A stretch of 25,804 bases of DNA from a virus. Its lineage: Duplodnaviria > Heunggongvirae > Uroviricota > Caudoviricetes. The notes beneath the pieces are model-generated. The model was given only the letters and a program-made list of their open reading frames with translations, was not told the origin of the DNA and ran no database searches. Below are positions 16,684-25,804 of this stretch, one piece after another; position 1 is the first letter of the stretch, and every line of letters begins with the position of its first letter. The DNA lies in IMG/VR virus record IMGVR_UViG_648276650_000007, positions 1-25,804 of that record; one strand, given 5' to 3'. The position numbers were made by a program, and so were the translations under genes.

Positions 16684-17490
16684 ATGAAGAAATTAACTGG
16701 CGTAATTGCTTTTGCTCTGCTGCTTACTGCTTGTGACAAACCGAAGATCGATGCATCAAGCGATCAGTCGATGAAAGAGTCCATTCAAAAAGTAAGAGAG
16801 TCCTTACCTGCAGATAAAAAAGCTCAGTTTGATGATGCAGTTAAAGTCGTTGCCTTTAGCCAAATCAACATGAGAGAGCTAATGCAGGCTGGAACGTCTT
16901 CTGGGGACGTCTACGAAACAAAAATTAAGTCAGCGTTGGAAGGTAAAACTGGTGATGAGGTTATAAATTACGCACAAACTATTCGCCTTGAGCGTGAGAA
17001 GAGAGAGAAAGAACAGGCTCTGCAAGAAATAAAAGAACTGGAAGCCAAACAAACCTCTGCAACACAGGCTGCGGAAAAAATGAAAGCCTTCAAGGTCGAA
17101 CGTTCCCGTTTTTATTTCCAGAAAGAGGATTACGGCAATGATCAGCCAATTCTGGATATTAGCGTTGAAAACGGAACAGACAAAGCGGTTGCCAGAGTAT
17201 TCTTCAAAGGAGTTATTGCCAGCCCAGGAAGAAGCGTCCCTTGGTTCTCTGACGTCTTCAACTATAAAATTTCTGGAGGTCTGGAACCAGGTGAGAAAGC
17301 CAACTGGAAATTAGCCCCTAATAGATACTCTGATTGGGGAAAACTTAAAGTTCCGGCTGATGCTATATTTACCGTCACAGTCATTGGCCTTGAAGACGCA
17401 GATGGGAAATCGATCTATGGTGACGCCGAGTTTTCAGAACGCGATGCTGACAGACTGAATCAACTTAGAGATAAGTACCTTTCTAAATAA
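16684..17490 (+). CDS. hypothetical lipoprotein
   Basis: ORF 16612..17490; start placed at Met25 (MKKLTGVIAFALLLTACDKPK) because of the signal peptide with lipobox LLTAC and the hairpin covering the upstream part; ~268 aa mature protein with a Lys/Glu-rich coiled-coil-like middle. Confidence 0.7.
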   Translation: MKKLTGVIAFALLLTACDKPKIDASSDQSMKESIQKVRESLPADKKAQFDDAVKVVAFSQINMRELMQAGTSSGDVYETKIKSALEGKTGDEVINYAQTIRLEREKREKEQALQEIKELEAKQTSATQAAEKMKAFKVERSRFYFQKEDYGNDQPILDISVENGTDKAVARVFFKGVIASPGRSVPWFSDVFNYKISGGLEPGEKANWKLAPNRYSDWGKLKVPADAIFTVTVIGLEDADGKSIYGDAEFSERDADRLNQLRDKYLSK

Positions 17491-17598
17491 TCAAAATTAA
17501 AGCTACTTCAGCATAGTCCCTGAGAATATATATCAGGGACTACCAAATCACGGCAGATACCCCTTAGTTAAATAATGCTAAACGCTTAGAAAGAGACC

Positions 17599-17898
17599 AT
17601 GAAACGTATAACTTTCTCCTTTACGTTAGTAGCAATCATCATAGCCTTAGCTGGATGTGCTTTGCCAGATAAAGACGGCGACTTCGGAGCTTATGTTCAT
17701 GCCTGTCAGCAATATGCATACGGAAAATCCTATGCCTTTGAGAATAGAGACTTCGCGTATAAGGTCTGTAAGGACGCGGCGAAACTGTGGAGTGACGAAG
17801 TTCCTGGCTATATCATCAGGCAAATTCAACTACATCCTGAAATACCCAGCGAAGAAATTAAATATGCAGCCATGGCCGGCTCTTTGGGGAACAACTAA
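17599..17898 (+). CDS. hypothetical small lipoprotein
   Basis: 99 aa; signal peptide with lipobox IALAGC; co-directional with the preceding lipoprotein gene. Confidence 0.6.
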   Translation: MKRITFSFTLVAIIIALAGCALPDKDGDFGAYVHACQQYAYGKSYAFENRDFAYKVCKDAAKLWSDEVPGYIIRQIQLHPEIPSEEIKYAAMAGSLGNN

Positions 17899-17965
17899 AT
17901 CAACTTATGAGAAAGGGGCTTAATGCCCCTTTTCGGTTCCCTTATCAAGTCCTAACGAAACAAGC

Positions 17966-18256
17966 TCAACTGATTACATCCATCGACCTACTGTATTCAT
18001 GGCTTCGAATTTTCGCCATCAACTCATCAGTCAATTCAGAAACCCACTGCAGAGCTAGCCCCTTCTCTTCATCACTACACTCACTAGCCGCTACAAGCTT
18101 AAGAAAAAAATCAATGCGCTGGAGCTTCAAAGACTCCAAAAAATAGTCCTGCATCTTTCCTCCTATAACACCATACGCAATACTGTACATATAACCACTG
18201 TTTATATTTACAGTATATAATAATCTTACTGATGTAAAACGTTTTTTTACGTTCAT
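17966..18256 (-). CDS. hypothetical protein downstream of replication gene A
   Basis: 96 aa AT-rich ORF; no recognisable motif; start uncertain. Confidence 0.3.
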   Translation of the reverse strand: MNVKKRFTSVRLLYTVNINSGYMYSIAYGVIGGKMQDYFLESLKLQRIDFFLKLVAASECSDEEKGLALQWVSELTDELMAKIRSHEYSRSMDVIS

Positions 18257-18307
18257 CAGCCTGATATGCCTGGTATTATTAAGAGCACGAATTGTTAACC
18301 CGCGTGA

Positions 18308-20722
18308 TTAATACATGTTCCGCCACTTATCATCTTCCTGCAAACGCTGGTTCCGATAGAAGATACGCAGGCCTGCTCCTGACGGAATACTGCCACCGCA
18401 AAGGAGCAAATCGACCTCTTTCTCGCTGCCATCAAATCCTCTGGACTTCAGTTCATAGACGAGCTGCTGACGCTGATACTCTGTAATTCGCTGTTTGTAG
18501 TCTTTACGCCGTTTCGGTTTAACCAGGCGCAATCTTGCTGCCAGTTCCCGGCGCTCTTTTTTGCTCATACTGTGCAGGTAATCGTGCAATTCCTTGTCAT
18601 CCATGCAGGTAATGTCCGTTCTGGTATCCCCATCTGCTGATTCATCTTTCTCATGTTGGTTCAAATTTTCAGCAAGGGGACAGTTATTGCCACGAGTCCA
18701 AGGGGCGCAAGCGCCCTGGTCGGCTGCCGCCTCCTGAACGTCAACGGCCTTACGAACCATTTTCCACTTCACTGCATGAGTGCAGATCTTGCCCTCTGCA
18801 ATGGGTGACCAGATGCCATAAATACGAATACCGTGATCGCCATAGGCGGTTGGCTCTTCGTTGATTTCATAAGCGGTTCTGATGAGGTGATATTTGCGGG
18901 GAACCAGTACGCCGCCCTGCTTCATGATGTAGGTGGCAAAACAACCAGCATCAGCAGCAGCCAGAATGGCATCAAGACGCGGGTTATCCAGTACCGGCGC
19001 ACCTGCTTTTTTGTCACCCTGTTGCCTTGCCGCCTGACCAGCCAGCAAGCGAAGTTCACGGTAAGCCTGACGTCCCGGAATACCAAAGAAGCGGAATTGC
19101 TGAACACGATGCAGAGACGCCCAGGCATTAACGTATTCAGCGTTATCACGCAGGGATTTACCCGTTTCCTTGCTGATCTCGCCAGCCAGACCACGCCCGT
19201 CAATGTTCTTACTGATGTATTTCGCGATGTAGCTTGTCGGCGTTCCTTTGCGCGGGTTTATCAGCTCAGATTTAAAGCGTGGACCAGTGTTATTACCCAG
19301 TTCCTCGCGGTCTTCACGGATGGCAAACTTACGCAACAATGCAGTAATGGCGCGGCGGTCTTTTTTGCGCATGAAACACAACAGGTGCCAGTGAACTGTA
19401 CCGTCATGATGCGGCTCAGCCACCCGCACGCCATACCAGCGCAACCCGGCTTTGTGTATCGCCTTACGAAATGCAGCAAACATGCCGACCAGATAATCGC
19501 TGCTTTGTCTTACCGTCGCATTTGTCCAGGTTGGGTTTGGTCTGCCGTTATTGAGCGTGGAATGGAAACGTGACGGACAGGTAATGGTGTAGAAAACGGC
19601 GCAGTCACCGCGCATTTCCGCGATAAGCTCCAGACCTTTAACACAGGCCATCATCTCATTGCGGCGGTGCGCCGGGTTGCTGCTGCTGGCGTTTACCACG
19701 TCTTCCATATCCAGCGTGTCGCCCTCTTCGTTCACCAGTTCATGAGAACGGAAAAACTCCAGTGACTTGCGGCGCTGCTCACGTTTATGCATCACGGCTT
19801 CATAGCTGACATAGGGAGATGCTTTTTTGCTGACCAGGCAGACAGCACGCAACTGCTCTTCCCGCCATTCGCAACGCATTTTCCATAATTTCCGGTACCA
19901 CCAGTCGGCGCACAACATACGCGCCAGCGAACCCGGAATGAGTTCATAGGGCACGGGTTTACGGCGGTTTCTTTTCCGACGGAGTTGCTCAAACGCAGGC
20001 GGGATGACATCCAGACGCAGGGTTTCCGCTGCCACCTTTTCCCATGTCTTGCGGATTTCTTCTGGCTTAACGTCATCGGTGGCATACAAATCACCACAAG
20101 CTGCATCAAGGCACATGCTCATATGCGCAGCGACAAGGGTAGACAGGCGTTTCACCTGATCCTGACTCATTTCAGGCAGAATCAGCAGGCCGTCCAGCCC
20201 TACATGGCTTGCCATAAAACGAAAAGATGCAGATAGCTGGCTGTCGCGTACATGCTCCAGTCGTTCCAGACATGGCTTAATCGTCTCACGTAAATAGCGG
20301 GAATAAGCCTTTGGCCTGCCCAAGCTGCTGAAGTATTCAATACGTTGCATCAGCGGCTTGCTGATATGGGAGGGCTGGGCGCTGACGTCTGCCAGAATGA
20401 CCATGTCCGGGTTAAAACGCTGCTGCTCATGCGCCAACTTTGCCCGGCTAATGAGCTTATCCTGCTCTATTTCGCGTTGGACAGGATCACGGGATTCATT
20501 AAAGAAATAACGCTCCCAGACCTGATCACTCAGTGCCTCGCGGCGCAGTTGTTCCTGCTCGTTATCGGCAGCGTACAGAGTGATCAGGTTTGAAAGCGCA
20601 GAAACCGGCGCAACTTCCGCCGGGTCCAGATAAGGGTTAATGGCCTTTTTCGGGCTGTTCCATGAGAACGATGCGGCAGCCTCGTTAAAGCCGCAGCAGT
20701 TGCTCATATCGGCATGGCTCAT
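18308..20722 (-). CDS. A: replication initiation endonuclease (P2 A / rolling-circle HUH family)
   Basis: 804 aa; HUH-like motif TVHWHLLCF and two-tyrosine motif [11 protein letters not shown]; size and position match P2 gene A; ATGA overlap with the upstream methylase stop. Confidence 0.9.
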   Translation of the reverse strand: MSHADMSNCCGFNEAAASFSWNSPKKAINPYLDPAEVAPVSALSNLITLYAADNEQEQLRREALSDQVWERYFFNESRDPVQREIEQDKLISRAKLAHEQQRFNPDMVILADVSAQPSHISKPLMQRIEYFSSLGRPKAYSRYLRETIKPCLERLEHVRDSQLSASFRFMASHVGLDGLLILPEMSQDQVKRLSTLVAAHMSMCLDAACGDLYATDDVKPEEIRKTWEKVAAETLRLDVIPPAFEQLRRKRNRRKPVPYELIPGSLARMLCADWWYRKLWKMRCEWREEQLRAVCLVSKKASPYVSYEAVMHKREQRRKSLEFFRSHELVNEEGDTLDMEDVVNASSSNPAHRRNEMMACVKGLELIAEMRGDCAVFYTITCPSRFHSTLNNGRPNPTWTNATVRQSSDYLVGMFAAFRKAIHKAGLRWYGVRVAEPHHDGTVHWHLLCFMRKKDRRAITALLRKFAIREDREELGNNTGPRFKSELINPRKGTPTSYIAKYISKNIDGRGLAGEISKETGKSLRDNAEYVNAWASLHRVQQFRFFGIPGRQAYRELRLLAGQAARQQGDKKAGAPVLDNPRLDAILAAADAGCFATYIMKQGGVLVPRKYHLIRTAYEINEEPTAYGDHGIRIYGIWSPIAEGKICTHAVKWKMVRKAVDVQEAAADQGACAPWTRGNNCPLAENLNQHEKDESADGDTRTDITCMDDKELHDYLHSMSKKERRELAARLRLVKPKRRKDYKQRITEYQRQQLVYELKSRGFDGSEKEVDLLLCGGSIPSGAGLRIFYRNQRLQEDDKWRNMY

Positions 20723-21576
20723 GCACGTACTCCGTACACGGCAGAACTATCCACGCCACGCGAATAATCAAATCCCACCCAGCAGCGCGGCCCGGAAACA
20801 GCAATGATTTCTGTTGCTGATTTACTCTCACCAGCTGCTACGCCGATGCTGCGTTTTACCTTGATATAGTGGTGAGTAAAATTGCGATACAGCGAACGGA
20901 TCAGGGATGTGTCACTGTTAGAAACAATGACCGGATGTCCTTCTGATGACCGATGTTCAAGAACGGATGCCAGGTGATACTGGTCATCTTCAGTAAAGCC
21001 GTCAGCGTGATAGCCGGAAAACGTACCGTCATAAGGCGGATCGCAATACACCACATCCCCCGCCTTCAACATCGCCAGCGTTTCATCAAAGCTGGCGCAG
21101 ATAAACGTTGCTCGCTGGGCTTTTTCTGCAAAAGCGCGAATTTCTTTTTCAGGGAAATACGGATTTTTATAATTACCGTAGGGAATGTTGAAATGCCCGC
21201 TCTTGTTATAGCGACATAACCCACGGTAACCGTGACGATTGAGATACAGGAAATATACCGCTTTCATGAAATCAGTAATTTCAGTTGAGTAATTAAACTC
21301 CTGCCTTATGTTGTAATAAGCCACCTCCCTGTTTGCGATCTCAAATAAAACTTTGGCGCGAGATATAAACGATTCACAATCAGCGGCAACCTTTTTATAG
21401 AGGTTGATTAAATCAGGATTAATATCCGCAACCAGATAGCAGGGATAATCCGTCTCCATCATCACAGCACAGGAACCCGCGAAAGGTTCAACTAGTCGCG
21501 GACCAGCAGGAAGATGTTTTTTCAGTTCGGACATTACGGCGGTTTTATTTCCCGCCCATTTCAGGATGGTGCTCAT
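20719..21576 (-). CDS. Dam-like DNA N6-adenine methyltransferase
   Basis: ORF 20719..21636; start placed at Met21 ([11 protein letters not shown]), whose ATG forms an ATGA overlap with the stop of the upstream zinc-finger gene. Motifs EPFAGSCAV (AdoMet binding) and [10 protein letters not shown] (catalytic DPPY). Confidence 0.85.
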   Translation of the reverse strand: MSTILKWAGNKTAVMSELKKHLPAGPRLVEPFAGSCAVMMETDYPCYLVADINPDLINLYKKVAADCESFISRAKVLFEIANREVAYYNIRQEFNYSTEITDFMKAVYFLYLNRHGYRGLCRYNKSGHFNIPYGNYKNPYFPEKEIRAFAEKAQRATFICASFDETLAMLKAGDVVYCDPPYDGTFSGYHADGFTEDDQYHLASVLEHRSSEGHPVIVSNSDTSLIRSLYRNFTHHYIKVKRSIGVAAGESKSATEIIAVSGPRCWVGFDYSRGVDSSAVYGVRA

Positions 21577-21800
21577 ACAGCCCCCCCGTTGTAATGTTTG
21601 CCTTTCAGCTCTGCGATTTCCTGACAGGTAATGCAAAGCTGCACACCCGGAATGGCACGGCGGCGTGCTGGCGGAATTGGCGCTTCACACTCAACGCAAA
21701 GCACGCGGGACACGCCCGGCGTTTTGGCACGGGCAGCACGGATATGGCGCTGGCGTTCTTCTTCAACGCGCTGCTGTACGAGATCCATTGCATCAGCCAT
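21573..21800 (-). CDS. TraR/DksA-family C4 zinc-finger protein
   Basis: 75 aa; CVEC-x17-CITC spacing typical of phage TraR/DksA-like proteins. Confidence 0.8.
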   Translation of the reverse strand: MADAMDLVQQRVEEERQRHIRAARAKTPGVSRVLCVECEAPIPPARRRAIPGVQLCITCQEIAELKGKHYNGGAV

Positions 21801-22039
21801 TAGTGGATCTCCTGCGCTTCGTTCTGGATTGCTTCAGCAGTCACACGCAGCAGTTCTGCCGCTTCCACGTGGTTTAGCTGACGGGATGAGATATGACACG
21901 CCAGGCTATCAAGGCGAGCTGCCATTGCTTCAGCCCTTGCCCGGCGTTCTTCCAGACGAGCCTCTGTCAGTAAAATATTAAGCCCTGCGTCATCCGGTCC
22001 GGTTTTAGTCGTGAGGGTTTCAATATTACGCATAATCAA
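21800..22039 (-). CDS. hypothetical early protein
   Basis: 79 aa; in the early operon, 1-nt stop/start overlap with the downstream zinc-finger gene. Confidence 0.5.
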   Translation of the reverse strand: MIMRNIETLTTKTGPDDAGLNILLTEARLEERRARAEAMAARLDSLACHISSRQLNHVEAAELLRVTAEAIQNEAQEIH

Positions 22040-22100
22040 TTCTCCTGAATTTAGATAAAGGGATGCCCGGCGGGTTTACGCCATTAATTTCATTAGTTGG

Positions 22101-22442
22101 TTAATTCGGCATGGTTAGCCGTCTGGGAAATAAGCTCACCACTGCACGAAAATGATTCATTGCTTTAATCAGCTCCCGCTTTTCGTCAGTGGTCAGCTCA
22201 TTAATGCTGATGCTATGACGTTCAGCTGGAATTTTTGCCATAAAGAATATGGCAGCCAGTGCCCGTTTATTTTGTTCATTATTGATATCCCGTGGATCAC
22301 GCATATCTTTAATAAACCGCTCAAGCTCTGACTCAATATTCAGGCCAAAAACTTTCGCCCTTAACTCCGCAATGTGATTAAGTCCATTCAGGCGTTCACC
22401 GGGGCTTAATGGAACAGTTGCTGCAGCGCCATTAATTGCCAT
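22101..22442 (-). CDS. hypothetical early protein
   Basis: 113 aa; co-directional member of the early operon; no motif recognised. Confidence 0.5.
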   Translation of the reverse strand: MAINGAAATVPLSPGERLNGLNHIAELRAKVFGLNIESELERFIKDMRDPRDINNEQNKRALAAIFFMAKIPAERHSISINELTTDEKRELIKAMNHFRAVVSLFPRRLTMPN

Positions 22443-22464
22443 ACTTCATATCCCCCAAACGCAG

Positions 22465-22689
22465 CTATCGTTCTTTGTTCTTACGGTAACGCTCAAGAGG
22501 AGATACATTTTTTCGTATCGTCTCTTTAACCTGCTCTCCCCGTAAAAACGTCCCATCCTTTAACGCGAAAAAGTAACTGCCATCGCCCGACAATGACGGA
22601 TAGCAACAGAGCAAATCATCTTCAGGTACTGAATAACTCTCCCCTCTGTAACGAAACTGATAAACCACTTCACTTTCTGCCGCATACAT
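22465..22689 (-). CDS. hypothetical early protein
   Basis: 74 aa; GGAG-type Shine-Dalgarno about 9 nt upstream of the ATG; overlaps the 3' part of the 22560..22886 ORF in another frame. Confidence 0.35.
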   Translation of the reverse strand: MYAAESEVVYQFRYRGESYSVPEDDLLCCYPSLSGDGSYFFALKDGTFLRGEQVKETIRKNVSPLERYRKNKER

Positions 22690-22856
22690 TTGGACTTTCT
22701 CCGTTTCCTCGTGGTCAATTCAGACAGCAATTCATCTTGTGAATGACATGGATGCCAGCGTTTTCCATCCTCACCCGTGATCCAGCCGTGACCGTAGTGC
22801 ATTGCCGGGCTTTGTTTTACCAGCAGCGATGCAAATGATGGTTCTTTCGTCAGCAT
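22560..22856 (-). CDS. possible Fil-like small early protein
   Basis: In-frame Met11 (MLTKEPSFASLLVKQSPAMHYGHGW...) lies just downstream of the cII stop; the C-terminal third overlaps the next ORF and looks low-complexity, so the true 3' end is uncertain. Confidence 0.35.
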   Translation of the reverse strand: MLTKEPSFASLLVKQSPAMHYGHGWITGEDGKRWHPCHSQDELLSELTTRKRRKSKCMRQKVKWFISFVTEGRVIQYLKMICSVAIRHCRAMAVTFSR

Positions 22857-22863
22857 AAGCACC

Positions 22864-23382
22864 TCACAGCAAACCGAATGAAGCACCGAGGCCAGTCACG
22901 GTATCAACTGCACTCGCCATCGCAGGGTTAGCCTGTAAACGGGCCTGCAATGAAACAGCAGCCAACGCCATCAGTCGTGTTACAGAGTTAATGCTGCTGA
23001 TAGCATCACGACGACCTGCACTGGTTTTTACATCGCCAGATACCGCACCTGCAGCAACACGCCCGATCTCTGCGGTTGCACTCATGACGTAATGTGGCAG
23101 TTTCTCTTTTGCCACCTCATTAATCGGTACACATGGCAGACAATGAATCTGTGCCAGAAAACCATCTACCAGCGTTGAATCTTCAGTCAGATCGGTAAGC
23201 AGCCAGATTTCTGGTGCGGTTAATAAATGAGGCTGAGCTGGGTTCAGCTTGTTCCGCAGAATCTGCACATTCATGCCCGCACGTTCTGCCAGTTGCACCA
23301 GATTGTGGCGCAGTGCGAATGCACGACAGGCTTCATCAAAATGTGGATGTTTGGAAACTTGGTAATCAAACATGGTTTTCAA
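22864..23382 (-). CDS. cII: CII-like lysogeny establishment regulator (186 CII family)
   Basis: 172 aa; [24 protein letters not shown]...[18 protein letters not shown] (HTH) resembles the 186 CII / phage CP76 family from memory; positioned after apl as in 186. Confidence 0.7.
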   Translation of the reverse strand: MKTMFDYQVSKHPHFDEACRAFALRHNLVQLAERAGMNVQILRNKLNPAQPHLLTAPEIWLLTDLTEDSTLVDGFLAQIHCLPCVPINEVAKEKLPHYVMSATAEIGRVAAGAVSGDVKTSAGRRDAISSINSVTRLMALAAVSLQARLQANPAMASAVDTVTGLGASFGLL

Positions 23383-23437
23383 CTCCGAACTTATCGCAAA
23401 ATCGAACTCAGCGTCTTATTGCGAAAATAGACGTCTA

Positions 23438-23641
23438 TTAAGCAGACAAAGCATCAACAGTCAGAGCAGCCAGGTTAATCATTACCTTTTCACGTTTTTT
23501 GTCTTTACGAAGACGATGACGAGGTAGTCGGCCATCAGCCAACATGTCGTTAATCGTATCAATAGAAAGGCCAGTCAGTTCGCTATAACGTTCGATTGTG
23601 ACATGTGGTGTATTCAGAGTAATTGAAATGTTAGGTGTCAT
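23438..23641 (-). CDS. Apl/Cox-like small DNA-binding protein (excisionase / switch repressor)
   Basis: 67 aa basic HTH-like protein ([36 protein letters not shown]), divergently transcribed from the repressor gene; first gene of the early operon. Confidence 0.7.
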   Translation of the reverse strand: MTPNISITLNTPHVTIERYSELTGLSIDTINDMLADGRLPRHRLRKDKKREKVMINLAALTVDALSA

Positions 23642-23786
23642 AAGGCAACATTCCTTCTAGGTATGGCTTGTGGCGAGCCGTTGTTTGTCGTGATTAGTAG
23701 TGAAGGCTCCAAAAGAACACTTCTGGTTCAACTTTAAGATCGCTTTTGGAATCTGTCAACGAATTTTGGATTTCTTTGGAGGACTT

Positions 23787-24356
23787 GTGGATTTCAATAG
23801 CGGCGGTAAGAAAGCCATAGAACGTTTAGTTGAAGCATATGGGTTCGGTACCCGTCAGGCTCTCTGTGATCATTTAGGTGTTTCTAAGAGCACCATGGCA
23901 ACGCGCTATATGCGTGATATTTTTCCAGCAGATTGGGTAATCCAGTGCGCCCTTGAAACGGGCACCTCGCTTAATTGGCTAACAACAGGGCATGGTTCAA
24001 AGCAAGCATCAGCAAATACAAATACTATAGAAGTAGAAAAATATTTATTGTCTGATGGAGCATTGCAGAAAGACGGTTTTTATATTTTTGATAAGGGATT
24101 TCTACCCTCTACGTTTAAAAAACCTTTTGTCATCACAGATAACAATTCTGAATTTATTTGTGATAAAGAATTTGATGATATACGTGATGGTAAATGGGTA
24201 ATAAGTATTGATGGCGAAATAACGATCCGTGACATTACTCGTTTACCCGGTGGAAGAATCTTCGTCGAGGGTGGAAACAGAGCCTTCGAATGCAAGATAG
24301 AAGACATTGAAATAATTGGTAAAATTATAAGTTTAACAGTCAAGTATATTAAATAG
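23787..24356 (+). CDS. cI: CI-type immunity repressor (186 CI-like, two-domain)
   Basis: ORF 23700..24356 opens on a GTG; the in-frame GTG at 23787 is preceded by GGAGGA and gives ~190 aa, close to the 192 aa of 186 CI. N-terminal HTH (AIERLVEAYGFGTRQALCDHLGVSKSTMATRYMR). Start codon choice is uncertain. Confidence 0.7.
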   Translation: MDFNSGGKKAIERLVEAYGFGTRQALCDHLGVSKSTMATRYMRDIFPADWVIQCALETGTSLNWLTTGHGSKQASANTNTIEVEKYLLSDGALQKDGFYIFDKGFLPSTFKKPFVITDNNSEFICDKEFDDIRDGKWVISIDGEITIRDITRLPGGRIFVEGGNRAFECKIEDIEIIGKIISLTVKYIK

Positions 24357-24371
24357 TACCGGGAGGAAACT

Positions 24372-24563
24372 ATGCTTGGTAAGGTATTTTTTGTGGTTTT
24401 GTCATGTTCTTTGTTATTAAACCCACTAACTACCTATGCTAGAAATTATCCCTGCTCAGGGAAAAAGGGAGGTGTTTCTCACTGTACCTCAGATGGCAAA
24501 TTCGTTTGCAATGATGGAACTATTAGTAAATCCAAAAAAATCTGTACTAAAAACTCACGATAA
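24372..24563 (+). CDS. small secreted cysteine-rich protein
   Basis: 63 aa; strong GGGAGG Shine-Dalgarno; N-terminal signal peptide ([19 protein letters not shown]), then Lys/Gly-rich mature part with 4 Cys; AT-rich. Confidence 0.5.
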   Translation: MLGKVFFVVLSCSLLLNPLTTYARNYPCSGKKGGVSHCTSDGKFVCNDGTISKSKKICTKNSR

Positions 24564-24751
24564 CTTTTGCTTTTATATCTGCGTCTAAAATAAAAATGAG
24601 CCGCAGGTTAACCGCAAAAGTTACATGCTCACATAGCAAAAAGAATAGCCAACTTCATGATGGCTTCAGTGAGATGTATGGTCGTAGGATTTCATACATT
24701 GACACTGGTTATACATACAGTAAAAATGCTCTCTACTGGAGGGCATTTTTT

Positions 24752-25804
24752 ATGGCAGTACGAAAACTCACCACAGGGAAATGGCTTTGCGAATGTTACC
24801 CCGCCGGACGTAGTGGACGTCGTGTGCGTAAACAATTCGCCACCAAAGGCGAAGCTCTGGCTTTTGAGCGCAACACGATGGAAGAAACCGAAGCAAAGCC
24901 CTGGCTGGGTGAATCAGTGGATCGTCGAACACTGAAAGACGTAGTTGAGCTATGGTTCAAACTACATGGTAAATCTCTGACAGCTGGGCAGCATGTCTAT
25001 GACAAATTGCTGTTGATGGTTGACGCTCTGGGTAATCCTCTTGCAACCGATCTCACCTCTAAAATGTTTGCCCACTATCGAGATAAACGCCTGACAGGCG
25101 AGATCTACTTCAGCGAGAAATGGAAGAAAGGAGCAAGCCCGGTCACCATTAACCTGGAGCAAAGCTATCTAAGTAGTGTTTTTAGCGAACTATCCCGTCT
25201 GGGCGAGTGGTCGTATCCGAACCCACTGGAGAACATGCGAAAATTCACCATCGCAGAAAAAGAGATGGCATGGCTTACCCATGAGCAGATTGTTGAATTG
25301 CTGGCTGATTGCAAACGTCAGGACCCAATTCTGGCACTGGTAGTTAAGATATGCTTAAGCACAGGCGCACGCTGGCGTGAAGCCGTAAATCTTACCCGCT
25401 CACAGGTGACCAAATACCGAATTACCTTTGTCAGAACGAAGGGGAAGAAAAACAGAAGCATCCCTATCAGTAAAGAGCTTTACGAAGAGATCATGGCGCT
25501 TGATGGGTTCAATTTCTTTACAGACTACTATTTTCAATTTTTATCCGTGATGGAAAAAACGTCTATCGTGCTCCCTCGCGGTCAACTCACACACGTTCTG
25601 CGCCATACGTTTGCGGCGCACTTCATGATGTCGGGTGGAAACATTCTCGCCTTACAAAAAATTCTCGGACACCACGATATAAAAATGACTATGCGTTACG
25701 CACATCTGGCACCAGATCATCTGGAAACGGCGCTCCGTTTCAATCCTCTGGCAACGCTGCCAAGTGGCGACAAAGTGGCGGCAGCGGTTGGCATTACCCC
25801 GTAA
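24752..25804 (+). CDS. int: tyrosine integrase (P2/186 family)
   Basis: ORF 24596..25804; start placed at Met53 (MAVRKLTTGKWLCECYPAGRSGRRVRKQF), preceded by GGAGGG; ~350 aa. C-terminal catalytic residues present (VLRHTFAAHF...HHDIKMTMRYAHL). Confidence 0.9.
   Translation: MAVRKLTTGKWLCECYPAGRSGRRVRKQFATKGEALAFERNTMEETEAKPWLGESVDRRTLKDVVELWFKLHGKSLTAGQHVYDKLLLMVDALGNPLATDLTSKMFAHYRDKRLTGEIYFSEKWKKGASPVTINLEQSYLSSVFSELSRLGEWSYPNPLENMRKFTIAEKEMAWLTHEQIVELLADCKRQDPILALVVKICLSTGARWREAVNLTRSQVTKYRITFVRTKGKKNRSIPISKELYEEIMALDGFNFFTDYYFQFLSVMEKTSIVLPRGQLTHVLRHTFAAHFMMSGGNILALQKILGHHDIKMTMRYAHLAPDHLETALRFNPLATLPSGDKVAAAVGITP

Noticed and set aside
13689-18307. Possible old/tin homologues or other recognisable defence ATPases in the cargo interval
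   Set aside because: None of the ORFs shows a Walker A P-loop or other signature I can assign to those families, so I did not name them as such.
18833-19573. 246-aa ORF antisense to replication gene A
   Set aside because: Fully inside the A gene, which carries clear HUH and catalytic tyrosine motifs on the other strand.
24596-24751. Upstream 52-codon extension of the integrase ORF
   Set aside because: The extension has no Shine-Dalgarno sequence and would add an N-terminus absent from P2/186 integrases as I recall them; the ATG at 24752 with GGAGGG upstream gives the expected size.
1-25804. CRISPR arrays, tRNA/rRNA genes, IS elements or transposases
   Set aside because: No regularly spaced direct repeats, no tRNA-like structures and no transposase-like ORFs were seen. 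The attachment site and any tRNA integration target would lie beyond the integrase gene, outside the window.

Overview
This window reads as most of a P2/186-family temperate myovirus prophage, inverted relative to the usual P2 map. Left to right: tail-fibre region (partial alternative tail-fibre assembly gene, G, H), baseplate I-J-W-V, tail completion S-R, lysis cassette (spanins LysC/LysB, LysA, endolysin, holin), X, head genes L-M-N-O, terminase P and portal Q, a ~4.6 kb cargo interval, replication initiator A, a Dam-like methyltransferase, small early genes, CII, Apl/Cox, a 186-type CI repressor and a tyrosine integrase at the right edge. All family assignments come from reading the ORF-track translations and from remembered P2/186 gene order and protein features; no database search was run. 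The main candidate for an undescribed system is a tightly coupled, AT-rich three-gene operon (13758..15976, minus strand) sitting between the portal gene and a cos-like GC-rich sequence, in the part of P2-like genomes where accessory cargo such as old/tin sits. Its proteins show no motif I can place, except a possible PD-(D/E)xK nuclease signature in the third gene. Other points of interest are a probable invertible tail-fibre segment with a hix/gix-like site, two lipoprotein genes beside the replication gene, and a small secreted Cys-rich ORF between cI and int. No rRNA, tRNA, CRISPR array or transposase was seen.
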